The position numbers and the translations under genes are program-made. This document shows, one piece after another, positions 10,201-18,481 of a stretch of 64,000 bases of DNA. The stretch lies in sequence record OP123707.1; one strand, 5' to 3'. Positions within the stretch are counted from its first letter, which is position 1; each line of letters opens with the position of its first letter. The notes under the pieces were generated by a model. The model was given only the letters and a program-made list of their open reading frames with translations. It made no database searches and was not told the origin of the DNA.

Positions 10201-11622
10201 ATGGTTCAAGAAGTGAACCCGATCCACGAAATTAAAGAACAGGAAACGGTCACCTTTGGCGGTAACAACGGTCGTAGTGACGTCACCATGGTTCGTCGCA
10301 CACGTGGTCAGCTCCCAACTTACAAAGGGGTGATCTCTGAAGCGGGTAAGGACTCGGGCAAAGTAGGTTACGTTACGTACACCACCAGTAACCCGAAAAT
10401 CACCGACTACCGTGGCAACGTTGACACCAGTCGTGATGTGGGCAATGCCGGTTTGGGTTCGGTTACCATGAACCTAATGGCGGGTGCCAACAAAGACGAC
10501 CCGAAACGTACTCTGTTCTCTGGGGTGCAGCATTCTCAAGGTACGTCGGCAATTAACTACACACCAAACATCACACGCACACCGTATGACATGGTGGTCG
10601 CTCACCGTACGTCGGAATTGTACTCGAAACCTGCTAAGCAAGACGGTAAGGTAATCGAAGTAAGTAAGGAAGGCATTAAGGTTGAGTACGCGGATGGCAG
10701 TGTAGACGCTTATCCGTTAGGCATCAAGCTGGGCGATGTAGCGGGTGAAGTGCACCGTCACAATCGCATCACTGACTTGGTTGTAGGGGACACCTTTAAA
10801 GAAGGTGAGATCTTAGGTTGGGATGAAGTGTACTTCCAGCGTGATCTGGCGAACCCTCGTCAGGTAGTGTGGAAGTGCGGTGTTATGACACGTATCGCAT
10901 TGGTCGAAAACCAGTTCACCTTTGAGGACTCGATTGAAGTTTCCAAAGAGTTCGCAGAAGCGACCAAAACGTCGTACATCCTGGGGAACAAGTTCTACTG
11001 TGGCTTTGACCAAGGTTTGAAAATGCACGTGGATATTGGTAGTGAAGTAGACTACGAAACGATTTTATGTGATATCGAGGACGCGTCCTTAGTAGGCGTG
11101 GAAGAAGATGAGTCTGATTTCATGTCCGGTCTGGATCGTCTAGGCACGAAACAAATCCGCAGTAACCATCATGGTAAAGTAATCTCTATTGATGTTCGCT
11201 ATAATGGTGAACTCGAAGACATGTCAGCTCCTGTTCGTAAGTTCGTGGAGAAACACAACCGTCTTCGTAAACGTCAATCGGCGATCACGGGCGATGGTAT
11301 CGTGGATGGTAACGTTGCTGGTACTCGTGGTATGCGTGAGTCTTTAGAACCTGGGCAAGTCTCGATCGAAGTCTTTGTGGAAGATTTCACTGAAACAACG
11401 ACCGTGGATAAATTCGTTATCGGTAACCAGATGAAAGGTACAGTGGGTAACATTGCTCCACGTCAATACTACACGAAAGACGGTAGGAAAGTGGACGTCT
11501 TGTTCTCATTCAAGTCTCTGTTTAACCGAATGGTTCTGAGTCTCCGTGACAAATTGGTGAACAACGAACTGGTCATTCATACAACTCAACTAATGGTAGA
11601 TACCTACCGAGGAAGAAAATAA
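7270..11622 (+). CDS. Virion RNA polymerase beta subunit, large N-terminal fragment (phiKZ gp178-like)
   Basis: 1450 aa. Beta-type motifs QFTFEDSI, DKFVIGNQMKGTV (GDK...KG) and VDVLFSFKSLFNRM. The protein stops soon after this last motif, so the beta C-terminus is encoded elsewhere. Confidence 0.9.
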   Translation: MQLKETLGINALSVDGLEALYPLFFKEYVLRRKNDLTNPKFHNLSDVELPRDAAFFYYPKHAQDLGPSNQEPLITNYPDVINVGFDSRYTIYAGKARPAPLDERKQIQRYRNGHFKYKYARNLAQPMTRSKELVVINNALGQLKWNYVPTRFLAFDKSYNQLANLFDIMNEYTTGNKRQFFMRIELPNQIPLHQKFVEYFRHYEKFFDRNENGELVMGEHNDQALRDLKRTGAFWLLDWFAWLSGKYEYSLFNRLNDASLERLNLVFTKNGKAVILKPGLLRDWLNELNKVKVVDGEEEIDYNTSQRQNAVKRTLMVFMRLIAQSNQGEEDASESEEAGSVKDGRGEERGTATSEEELSETDSDLAPGDDPDLFDDFLNGRQIHDEGVVGQSGEEPSGRSPGGDSGVDETEHVETWTDELDDSEFQVAEADVVVGHSRMMDEDLSAGVKRAIAKKAKDGQMTKSQQDFFLRQSERYKDLTMPNGQTLEEFINLDEEALRKLPSRVAPKMVGVQDESYLDSTVANLKNGYVEQFMLQDMVRAILAVQQAGICVTNFEMETVHNVDGTYDVFKVQFHPVGGKPVTRPFRIARVGKDGTFTVDGKKRTKALQRMDYPIRKLDDYRVGLTSYYGRKLIVSRSKAVADDYGVWLSKQVRRLAKRGDIDLHVGGVYTNEYQAPRLFTLMARRFTTLKVKDLDLMFDAKAIIKRDESLAKAFTPNSAPIGFRGKTPVFLDETGSLTAGKEDLGTLESVLGINITKAPVEYGQININGYRFPIGVVLSYYFGFDELLKILKIEPKTVPGGQRVKLEQDEFAIRCADETLIFSRRDPMSALVFGGMTKLNNLHTFNRFDMNDPEIWVTAIDNTKVKPTHFREMTNLFNMFIDPITLGELKRLGHATSFDHLLIEATEMLRTEQHRHEVEVEEQRFIGYESFAGAIYHQITSSARQLAGKGMDARATFDLNPEAVMMEACMNDTSVDMVQEVNPIHEIKEQETVTFGGNNGRSDVTMVRRTRGQLPTYKGVISEAGKDSGKVGYVTYTTSNPKITDYRGNVDTSRDVGNAGLGSVTMNLMAGANKDDPKRTLFSGVQHSQGTSAINYTPNITRTPYDMVVAHRTSELYSKPAKQDGKVIEVSKEGIKVEYADGSVDAYPLGIKLGDVAGEVHRHNRITDLVVGDTFKEGEILGWDEVYFQRDLANPRQVVWKCGVMTRIALVENQFTFEDSIEVSKEFAEATKTSYILGNKFYCGFDQGLKMHVDIGSEVDYETILCDIEDASLVGVEEDESDFMSGLDRLGTKQIRSNHHGKVISIDVRYNGELEDMSAPVRKFVEKHNRLRKRQSAITGDGIVDGNVAGTRGMRESLEPGQVSIEVFVEDFTETTTVDKFVIGNQMKGTVGNIAPRQYYTKDGRKVDVLFSFKSLFNRMVLSLRDKLVNNELVIHTTQLMVDTYRGRK

Positions 11623-12477
11623 ATGTCATTTACGTTAATTTCGGCTGTAAAACGTATTCAGTTAGGTGCTATGATCTCCTCTTTATACAAGTCCAGAATT
11701 GACGGCATTTGGGGCGAGGGCAGCCGTAAGGGTGTCCTTAACCTTTTTAATGTCGTTTCAAATAGCGAAGAACTCGTGGACATCCCAGCGTGGTCTAAAG
11801 CTGAAGACATCATCAAAGGTTTCCAGACCAACTGTCGTGCGACGGGCCTCTATGCTGGTCAGATTGATGGCATCTGGGGTAAAGGCAGTCAAGCGGCATT
11901 AGAAAGTCTGGTACTGGCTAACCGTCGTTTCAATGGTCAACCAGATTTAGATCTGGCGTGGTCATCTTGGGTACCACCAGAGTTCACAGCAGTGGTGAAA
12001 GCGTGGGTTGCGGAACGTGGTCATGAACCATGTGTCGGTGATTACGTGATGTCCATCATGGCGTTCGAATCCGGTCGTACTTTTGATCCTGCTATTCAGA
12101 ATGCAGCGGGTAGTCAAGCTTATGGTTTGATTCAGTTCATGGGCGGTGCAGCGAGTGACTTAGGTTACACGTTGGATGAAATTCGTAGCATGGAACAAAT
12201 CGAACAGCTCGAGAAATGTGTGCTTCCTTACTTTGACATGCGTGCTCGTCGTAAACCGATGAAAAATCTTGAAGATTACTACCTCAGCGTGCTGTACCCA
12301 GCGTACGTAGGTAAAGGTCTGGATGAAGTACTCTTTGAAAAGGGTAGTGTGGGTTATCGTCAGAACAGTGGGCTGGACAAAAACAAGGACGGCAATATTG
12401 TAGTGGGCGAGATCGCTGAAACTATCTACCAAATGTATTACGAAGGCATGAAGCCTAAGAACCGGAGTATTGTCTAA
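11623..12477 (+). CDS. Lytic transglycosylase (SLT fold) with N-terminal peptidoglycan-binding repeats; endolysin-like
   Basis: Two DGIWG-x-GS peptidoglycan-binding-type motifs. Catalytic Glu in MAFESG, followed by AYGLIQFM and YRQNSGLDKNKDG. No signal peptide seen. Confidence 0.85.
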   Translation: MSFTLISAVKRIQLGAMISSLYKSRIDGIWGEGSRKGVLNLFNVVSNSEELVDIPAWSKAEDIIKGFQTNCRATGLYAGQIDGIWGKGSQAALESLVLANRRFNGQPDLDLAWSSWVPPEFTAVVKAWVAERGHEPCVGDYVMSIMAFESGRTFDPAIQNAAGSQAYGLIQFMGGAASDLGYTLDEIRSMEQIEQLEKCVLPYFDMRARRKPMKNLEDYYLSVLYPAYVGKGLDEVLFEKGSVGYRQNSGLDKNKDGNIVVGEIAETIYQMYYEGMKPKNRSIV

Positions 12478-12639
12478 ATGAAGAAACCTGAACAGTACGT
12501 ACAGGATGTGGTGACCATCGCCAACATCCAAGAAATCACTCGTGGTGTACTGACGAGTGTAGGTCTGGAAGTATTACCTCCAGTGGAAGACGCGAAGATC
12601 ACTGAGATCGTGTCTAAAGTTATTACAGAGGAAGCGTAA
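12478..12639 (+). CDS. Small 53-aa protein (absent from ORF track)
   Basis: ATG directly follows the lysin stop (TAA ATG), and its own stop is 1 nt before the next ATG, so it fills the gap exactly. Sequence: MKKPEQYVQDVVTIANIQEITRGVLTSVGLEVLPPVEDAKITEIVSKVITEEA. Codon style matches the core genes. Confidence 0.7.
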   Translation: MKKPEQYVQDVVTIANIQEITRGVLTSVGLEVLPPVEDAKITEIVSKVITEEA

Positions 12640-12640
12640 G

Positions 12641-14128
12641 ATGATTACTTTGAACTCTATCTTGGTCGCGTCCCCTATTGCTCTTGCATTGCAACACCGC
12701 GATAATCCGTTATCAGAAAAAACCGCTGACTTCGTTCAAGCACTGAACCGAGTGTCAACTGGTGCGACACCACTGTCTCCAGACAACCTATCTGTAGAAG
12801 TTCCAGCAGGCACAGTAGCGGGCAGTGATCACTCAGCGCTTCAGCAAGAAATCGTGGCTCACATCGAAACGGGTGTTCGTAACTCGTTCAAACAGATTCG
12901 TCAATACCTTCGTCCTCTGGACTTAGAAATCCGCGAAGCGTTGTCGTCAATCTACACACCGACCAGCGCTCTGACGTGTATCCATAATAACTTCTACATC
13001 CGTTATGTGGAACTGAATCACCCGTTCTTTGATTCTCCGTTATTCCCTACTGCAACACCGTCGACCGTTTGGGATTACCAACAATTCGAAAGTCGCTATC
13101 TAACGGAATACGGCAGTAAGTTCCCTGAAATGGACATGTCAAAAATTGAAGCTCTGCTGAACTCTACGAGTGAAGAACTGGCATCAATGATTGACTACGA
13201 CGTAGCAGCGCGTGTTTACAACGAATACTTTGCTCGTGGTAATTGGTCTGGGTTGTTCATCACCGAAGGTAACCGTTTCGTACTGGATCGCGATGTGGAC
13301 TTGGCATCACTCATTCAACTGTACATCATTGCATCTCGTTTAGATGTCGAAGAAACGGTACTGGAAGGTGTTGAAGGCTTGACGTTAGATCAATACCGTT
13401 CTTACATTAAGACTGTGTTGAACGTCACTATCTACTCACTACAACGTACTCGCAATCGCATGGCTGGCTTGGCTCAACAAAACATGCCAGTGATGAAAGA
13501 AAACATCGGTAAACACCGTGCGGAATACGGCAGCATCACTGGTGATATGACCATTGGTATGACGGACCGTGCGATTGAACTGATCGAAGCGCAAGATACT
13601 TCAATCACCGAAGTGTTGATGGGTTACGTTGCAGCTCGTGCCGAGAAACCTGATGCGAATCACGTGGCTCCGCTGGATGCGATTCCTGAGTACTTAGAAA
13701 AGTACCAAACTTACGTTAACCATGTTCAATCAGAAATCCTGAAACAGAGTGTGTCTGCTGTGCGTCGCATTGTGGAAACCAAAGTTAACGATTTCCAAAA
13801 ACAACACGAAGAGTTCCACGGCGTCATTGAAAAGTTCAATGAAGATCTGCCGTACCGTCGTCTCCTTAAATCAATTGAAGATACAGTTGATAAGTGGGTT
13901 CATCAATACCGTGATCGTGTGATCAATGGTGAGATGGACGTAGAAGTGTTCTTGTCGACACCGGTGATCTCAATTGCGGTTGCGAAACAACTGGGCATGA
14001 CGTTCTCAGCAGAAGTGTTGACTCGCTCTGTAGTGACCAGCGATATGTCACTAGAACAACAACGTGCAAAATTGGCGGAAGCCGTAACTGAATGTGTAGT
14101 AGGTTTGTGTTTGGGTAAGAACCTGTAA
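12641..14128 (+). CDS. Virion structural / inner head protein (by synteny)
   Basis: 495-aa helical-looking ORF in the coupled late block between vRNAP and the prohead protease. No motif recognised. Confidence 0.55.
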   Translation: MITLNSILVASPIALALQHRDNPLSEKTADFVQALNRVSTGATPLSPDNLSVEVPAGTVAGSDHSALQQEIVAHIETGVRNSFKQIRQYLRPLDLEIREALSSIYTPTSALTCIHNNFYIRYVELNHPFFDSPLFPTATPSTVWDYQQFESRYLTEYGSKFPEMDMSKIEALLNSTSEELASMIDYDVAARVYNEYFARGNWSGLFITEGNRFVLDRDVDLASLIQLYIIASRLDVEETVLEGVEGLTLDQYRSYIKTVLNVTIYSLQRTRNRMAGLAQQNMPVMKENIGKHRAEYGSITGDMTIGMTDRAIELIEAQDTSITEVLMGYVAARAEKPDANHVAPLDAIPEYLEKYQTYVNHVQSEILKQSVSAVRRIVETKVNDFQKQHEEFHGVIEKFNEDLPYRRLLKSIEDTVDKWVHQYRDRVINGEMDVEVFLSTPVISIAVAKQLGMTFSAEVLTRSVVTSDMSLEQQRAKLAEAVTECVVGLCLGKNL

Positions 14129-14143
14129 TAAGGGGGAAACCTA

Positions 14144-14878
14144 ATGGAACCTAAGAACCTCGTTCGTAATCAGTTATTAAACCGAAAGGCCTTGAAGCAA
14201 CTCGAGGATGGTTCTGTGGTAGCTACCCGACACTTAGTCGGGTACATCCCTAACCGTTTCATCGAAAACTCAATGGCTACCGTAACCGATGTAGTGACGA
14301 CCGTGGGTGTGATCGGGTTTGTGGATCCGAAAAGCGACGCGTTCTTCAGTACATACGTTCAAACAGAATTCACGTTGTGTCCTAGTAACATGGGAGAAGA
14401 GAACGTTAATGGTGAACGTTACCTGACCATGGATTTCGAAGAAGGCGATATCGTTTTCCGAAGCCTGAGCAGTATTCAAAACGCGAACCTTAACTTTACG
14501 TTCTACCGTGAGTTTTGTTGGTTGAACAAACTCCCGTGGTACACCGACCACACTAAAGTTCGCTCTACGTTCGATCGTGCTAAAATGATCACTGGACGTG
14601 GTGTGGGTAGCTCTCCTACGGTATATCGTGTGATGACGTCTTTGACCGAACGGGACCCTGACGACCCTAGTCAACCGTATCGTTACTCCAAAGCAATCAA
14701 AGAAGGGCGTCCTCCTTTAACGGTAGGCTTGAACAACGGTAGTTTATTAATCGATGGTACCTTTAACCGTTTGATCGGTGGTTACGACCAAGACAACCTC
14801 ATCATGGCGGTCTTGGAGAAAGACGATAAAGTAACAACAGAAGAATTAATCATTAAAGGTGGCTTCGGAGATGAGTAA
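14144..14878 (+). CDS. Probable virion RNA polymerase beta' C-terminal fragment (phiKZ gp176 / SPN3US gp244-like)
   Basis: 244 aa, immediately upstream of the protease. The C-terminus GGYDQDNLIMAVLEKDDKVTTEELIIKG resembles the beta' end (SF..T..L..AA..G..D.L...ENII.G). RBS AGGGGG. Confidence 0.6.
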   Translation: MEPKNLVRNQLLNRKALKQLEDGSVVATRHLVGYIPNRFIENSMATVTDVVTTVGVIGFVDPKSDAFFSTYVQTEFTLCPSNMGEENVNGERYLTMDFEEGDIVFRSLSSIQNANLNFTFYREFCWLNKLPWYTDHTKVRSTFDRAKMITGRGVGSSPTVYRVMTSLTERDPDDPSQPYRYSKAIKEGRPPLTVGLNNGSLLIDGTFNRLIGGYDQDNLIMAVLEKDDKVTTEELIIKGGFGDE

Positions 14879-15764
14879 CAAATTTACTTACGGCAACATC
14901 GAACTAGCGATGTCCGAGAACAAAGGAATCATTAAACCCAACGCCAGTGGTTATTACCGCATTGCGGGTGGTGGTTTTAACATGCCTAACCGCATGGGGA
15001 TTACTTACCGCATGAACCAGTACTTACTGGAGTGTTTGGAAGAAGGTGAGCGTGTGGGTTCTGGTAGCGACTTACGTCGTCGTTTGGACCGTGGTGAAGT
15101 GTACATGGAGATGAATCATCCTGTGCAGTGGTTCTACGAAAAGATCGATGGTAAAGTTGTTCGTACTCAAATTACGGATGTCATGACTTGGATCAACCGT
15201 TTGAAGACGATTGATATGGATCGTATGTGCGCGGCTATTAGTGAGATCACTCCTGATTTTTCTAAGTTTGATCGTCGCACCATGGGCGGTCCGGTGACGT
15301 TCGAAATCGACACGAAACCATTCGGTCCGTTCGGTCATCTCTTTAAAGAGAACCTAGACACACCAGAAATGGGAACAGCGGTTTCCATCCGTACAGTAAC
15401 CACCCCTCAACAGTTCGGCGCTACTTCACGTAATGTGGAATACTGGACCGGCTTGGATTGGGTTCCTGAACCGGGTTTTGCAGAAGCAACCAAATACCGC
15501 ACTGGTTTAGAAAACGTGGGTGGTATGGAATCGCTGATGCTAGACTTAACGGGTGGCACCGATACTGGAATGACGGTCAGTGCTACTGAATCCATTGAAA
15601 TGATGGAAGCAGCGCTAGGCAATAAAAACCAGATCGTTACTTGTGAAGGGATGGAATCGTTCAACCAGTTGAATGACATGCTGACTACGTTAAAACGTAA
15701 TCACCATATCGTTGGCGGTAAACGTGAAATCATCACTAACGTGAACCCTTTGGACTTGTTCTAA
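14871..15764 (+). CDS. Prohead (head maturation) serine protease, phiKZ gp175-like
   Basis: Motifs YMEMNHP (His), AVSIRT (Ser) and GLDWVPEPG (Asp) match the T4 gp21/gp175 family. Start placed at ATG 14871 (AAAGGTGG upstream) rather than GTG 14859. Confidence 0.85.
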   Translation: MSNKFTYGNIELAMSENKGIIKPNASGYYRIAGGGFNMPNRMGITYRMNQYLLECLEEGERVGSGSDLRRRLDRGEVYMEMNHPVQWFYEKIDGKVVRTQITDVMTWINRLKTIDMDRMCAAISEITPDFSKFDRRTMGGPVTFEIDTKPFGPFGHLFKENLDTPEMGTAVSIRTVTTPQQFGATSRNVEYWTGLDWVPEPGFAEATKYRTGLENVGGMESLMLDLTGGTDTGMTVSATESIEMMEAALGNKNQIVTCEGMESFNQLNDMLTTLKRNHHIVGGKREIITNVNPLDLF

Positions 15765-15779
15765 GTTCATTAATTAAGT

Positions 15780-15811
15780 GGGCAGGGTTTCCTGTCCTCT
15801 TTGTTGCTTTT
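15780..15811 (+). terminator. Rho-independent terminator ending the late block
   Basis: GGGCAGG-gttt-CCTGTCC followed by a T-rich tract. Confidence 0.6.
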
Positions 15812-15877
15812 AGTAAATTTTTACTCCACACATCTATTTATTAGTCATAACTAAAAACCCATCAAAAAGGAAATAAC

Positions 15878-16540
15878 ATGCACATCCCTTACATTCAAAA
15901 ACTAGCAATCATTTCTGCCATGGCTTCTGTTCGTGGTGAAGTGATGGTCATCAAAGCGATCCATGAAGGCGCGAAAGATGTCTGGGAACATTACCGTGAA
16001 AAATCAAGTGGTAGTCACCTTATCGAAGGCGTGGCGTTTTCTAACCTGAAAACCGAGTCTTTGAAATCATTTGGTGCGGCGGTATTGAAATTAGCACTGA
16101 ATGCAAAAGGCAAAACTCTTAATGGTTTCAGCGATGAAATGATTGTGGAAGAGTCAGAACGTTTTACTTCTACGTTATCTCGTTTAGCGGCGGTGAAAGA
16201 ACTGAACTTTAACTTTGCGTTTGAAGTGATCATGTCGGCGGTAGTGGGTTACGACCAGTGGTTAATTCGTTCTATCAACCAGATGGAAGAGACACCAGAA
16301 GCGATTGCGCATCTGACGCTGGCTTACGGTGTTCGTAAATTTGAAATGGCAGACATGGACTACGCAGAAACCATGTTGTTGTCTAACCTTGATGAAGCCT
16401 TCATCGTAGCGATGCACAACAACCGTGATACGTTCTGGTGCTTAGCGTTCAACCTGGTGGCGGATAAAGATTACTTGGATGCTTTCGAAATGCTGAAAGA
16501 CATCGTAGCCATGGATTGTGAAATCAAAGCAGCTTCTTAA
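15878..16540 (+). CDS. Hypothetical protein (220 aa)
   Basis: Long ORF with AAGGA RBS. No motif recognised. Confidence 0.8.
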   Translation: MHIPYIQKLAIISAMASVRGEVMVIKAIHEGAKDVWEHYREKSSGSHLIEGVAFSNLKTESLKSFGAAVLKLALNAKGKTLNGFSDEMIVEESERFTSTLSRLAAVKELNFNFAFEVIMSAVVGYDQWLIRSINQMEETPEAIAHLTLAYGVRKFEMADMDYAETMLLSNLDEAFIVAMHNNRDTFWCLAFNLVADKDYLDAFEMLKDIVAMDCEIKAAS

Positions 16541-16552
16541 AATATTTGAGAC

Positions 16553-16568
16553 CTATATAACTTAGGTG
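16553..16568 (+). promoter_or_regulatory. Phage early-type promoter motif, copy 1
   Basis: CTATATAACTTAGGTG. The same motif recurs intergenically at 17177, 20622 and 27501 and resembles the phiKZ early consensus TATATTAC. Confidence 0.65.
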
Positions 16569-16650
16569 AACAAAGACCACAGCGTCTAGGGGCGAGCTAC
16601 ATGCAGATCCCTTTCTTTTATTTTAATAAACTTATATCGAGGTAAAACCC

Positions 16651-17097
16651 ATGTCTGACAAGAAAACACCAAACTACGCGGATATCCAAAAAGCACTTGT
16701 TAAGTCTATGACTGAAAATGGCGAATACAACAAGGGCACTAACGTGGTCGTGTTTGATGCTGATAAACTGGAGATGCCAAAGGGCATTACTAGCGAATCA
16801 ATTGAGTCGCACGTGAATTACTTAAATCAAGTGAGTGGTGCTGTCGAAGTAGCAACGGCGAACATGGCACGCGACTTACACAAAGACAATGAAGAGTTGA
16901 ACAACCTAGAAGGTACGTTGAGCATTCCAGGTGTGACGTTTAATTCAGAACACACACTACGCACCGAGATCGGTGAAGAGACTCTATACGGTGGCAGCAC
17001 TACCATTACGGACTTCGTTCATACTGAAGAAGCAGCCGATTGGTTAGCAGAGCAACGCGCATCTAACGAGACTCTAGCTCGCAAACTATTTAGCTAA
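16651..17097 (+). CDS. Hypothetical protein (148 aa, acidic)
   Basis: GAGG RBS, highly biased codon usage, own promoter motif and terminator. Confidence 0.85.
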   Translation: MSDKKTPNYADIQKALVKSMTENGEYNKGTNVVVFDADKLEMPKGITSESIESHVNYLNQVSGAVEVATANMARDLHKDNEELNNLEGTLSIPGVTFNSEHTLRTEIGEETLYGGSTTITDFVHTEEAADWLAEQRASNETLARKLFS

Positions 17098-17101
17098 TCA
17101 C

Positions 17102-17133
17102 TAACTCTCATCTCTTAACGGAGATGAGAGTTA
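17102..17133 (+). terminator. Terminator hairpin
   Basis: 13-bp stem TAACTCTCATCTC / GAGATGAGAGTTA with loop TTAACG, followed by T-rich sequence. Confidence 0.8.
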
Positions 17134-17141
17134 TCTTTGCA

Positions 17142-17192
17142 TTCTTTATTTTTTTGACATACAGTTTCTTTCAAATCTATATCACTTGGGTG
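17142..17192 (+). promoter_or_regulatory. Phage early-type promoter, copy 2, with 23-bp upstream element
   Basis: TTCTTTATTTTTTTGACATACAG + 12 nt + CTATATCACTTGGGTG. The upstream 23-mer is identical at 27466-27488. Confidence 0.7.
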
Positions 17193-17237
17193 AACAATAA
17201 TACCATTGTTCTTTTAAACCTTATTAAGGAAACTATT

Positions 17238-17753
17238 ATGCTAAGTAATATCTTTTACGCAATCCTAGTGATTGTACTTGTGCTTGTAGCTATCGCTGCA
17301 TTTCGTTACGTTATGGTTCGTCTGAGCATTGACCCAAGAGAATACGGGTACACGCGTTCTAATGGTTTAAACGCGAAACCAGAATTCCAATTTTACGTGA
17401 AATACGATAATGGTAAGTCACATAAAGTTAAGGTCATTCTGGCCAGCTCATATAAAGGTGAATACGATAACTATGAGATCAGCGAGGATGGGGAATTGAT
17501 CATCACCATGCTGCCTTGCTCTAGAAACCGCATCGGAATTCACTTTTGCAATACCGCTGTTCGTGAGCTCGGTGAAGCCGGTAAGTTTTTCCACGATGCG
17601 TTCGACAAAGACATCACCAACTTACCATTCATATTAACATGTGGTGGCGTTCGTAATTACCTTATTGATGCAGTAGAGACTGAGTTCTTACGCATGCAAT
17701 ATGGTCGTCTAGAATACCTAGAGGCTAAGTTAGATCGTAACTTAACTCGTTAA
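17238..17753 (+). CDS. Membrane-anchored hypothetical protein
   Basis: Start moved to ATG 17238 (AAGGAA RBS) because the track start at 17124 lies inside the terminator. N-terminal hydrophobic helix IFYAILVIVLVLVAIAAF. Confidence 0.75.
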   Translation: MLSNIFYAILVIVLVLVAIAAFRYVMVRLSIDPREYGYTRSNGLNAKPEFQFYVKYDNGKSHKVKVILASSYKGEYDNYEISEDGELIITMLPCSRNRIGIHFCNTAVRELGEAGKFFHDAFDKDITNLPFILTCGGVRNYLIDAVETEFLRMQYGRLEYLEAKLDRNLTR

Positions 17754-17759
17754 TTTAAT

Positions 17760-17787
17760 AAGGGCTCATTACCGTGAGCCCTTTTCA
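17760..17787 (+). terminator. Terminator hairpin
   Basis: AGGGCTCA-ttaccg-TGAGCCCT followed by TTT. Confidence 0.7.
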
Positions 17788-17823
17788 TAATAAAAATGTC
17801 ATTGGCTAGAAAAGGAAATCGTC

Positions 17824-17940
17824 ATGGAAAATCTCATTCTTATCTTCGTATCTATTTTGGTTCTTGCAGGTATCTGGGATCAAGTAACTTCTTTAACTAA
17901 CACCATCATTACTGCAATCAGTTCGATTGGTGTGATGTAA
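17824..17940 (+). CDS. 38-aa hydrophobic micro-protein (absent from ORF track)
   Basis: AAGGAA RBS. Sequence: MENLILIFVSILVLAGIWDQVTSLTNTIITAISSIGVM. Confidence 0.6.
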   Translation: MENLILIFVSILVLAGIWDQVTSLTNTIITAISSIGVM

Positions 17941-17985
17941 CATTAACTTCAGTTGACCACCCCTTGGCTTATTAGGAGAAGCATT

Positions 17986-18456
17986 ATGTACGCGCTATCA
18001 GGTCTGCTCATTATTATCTTCGCACTGGCTTTACTTTGGGCATTGTTTCACCAAATGGATCAAGACGGTGTGGAGCAACTTGGTGTTCGTTGTTTGTCGA
18101 ACACCCAACAGCACATGATCATGGCTACCCATGAATCTGGTTTAACCACCTTCCTTACTACACGCTACAGTAAAGACATAGTGGAGTCCCAATTAACTTG
18201 GGACGAACAACTAAGTTCTTACATGTTGACGATTCCTTCACATTGCAAAGGAACCTTCAGTGCGCGTGTGGAAGCACTAAAAGCACTAGGCAACAACACC
18301 ATCAGTCGTCCGGGTCATGAACACAAACTGACTCACGACATGATGATTGTCAAAGCTTTCATTACCGGAACACTCGGTGAGATTTACACTGAGCATTCCA
18401 AAGATCAAATTGATCAAGCTCATCAAAACCTATTAACTCATTTCGACCTTATCTAA
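17986..18456 (+). CDS. Membrane-anchored hypothetical protein
   Basis: ATG 17986 follows AGGAG. N-terminal helix YALSGLLIIIFALALLWALF. Confidence 0.75.
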   Translation: MYALSGLLIIIFALALLWALFHQMDQDGVEQLGVRCLSNTQQHMIMATHESGLTTFLTTRYSKDIVESQLTWDEQLSSYMLTIPSHCKGTFSARVEALKALGNNTISRPGHEHKLTHDMMIVKAFITGTLGEIYTEHSKDQIDQAHQNLLTHFDLI

Positions 18457-18481
18457 CCTTCTATATAAAGAGGACAACAAC

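Noticed and set aside
16570-16625. GC-richer leader after promoter copy 1, a possible small RNA or attenuator
   Set aside because: I could not build a stable stem or match any known RNA motif.
17124-17237. N-terminal extensions given by the track for ORFs 17124, 17953, 23994, 27033, 27815 and 35305
   Set aside because: They overlap terminators, promoters or upstream genes, while downstream ATGs have clear RBSs or stop-start overlaps.
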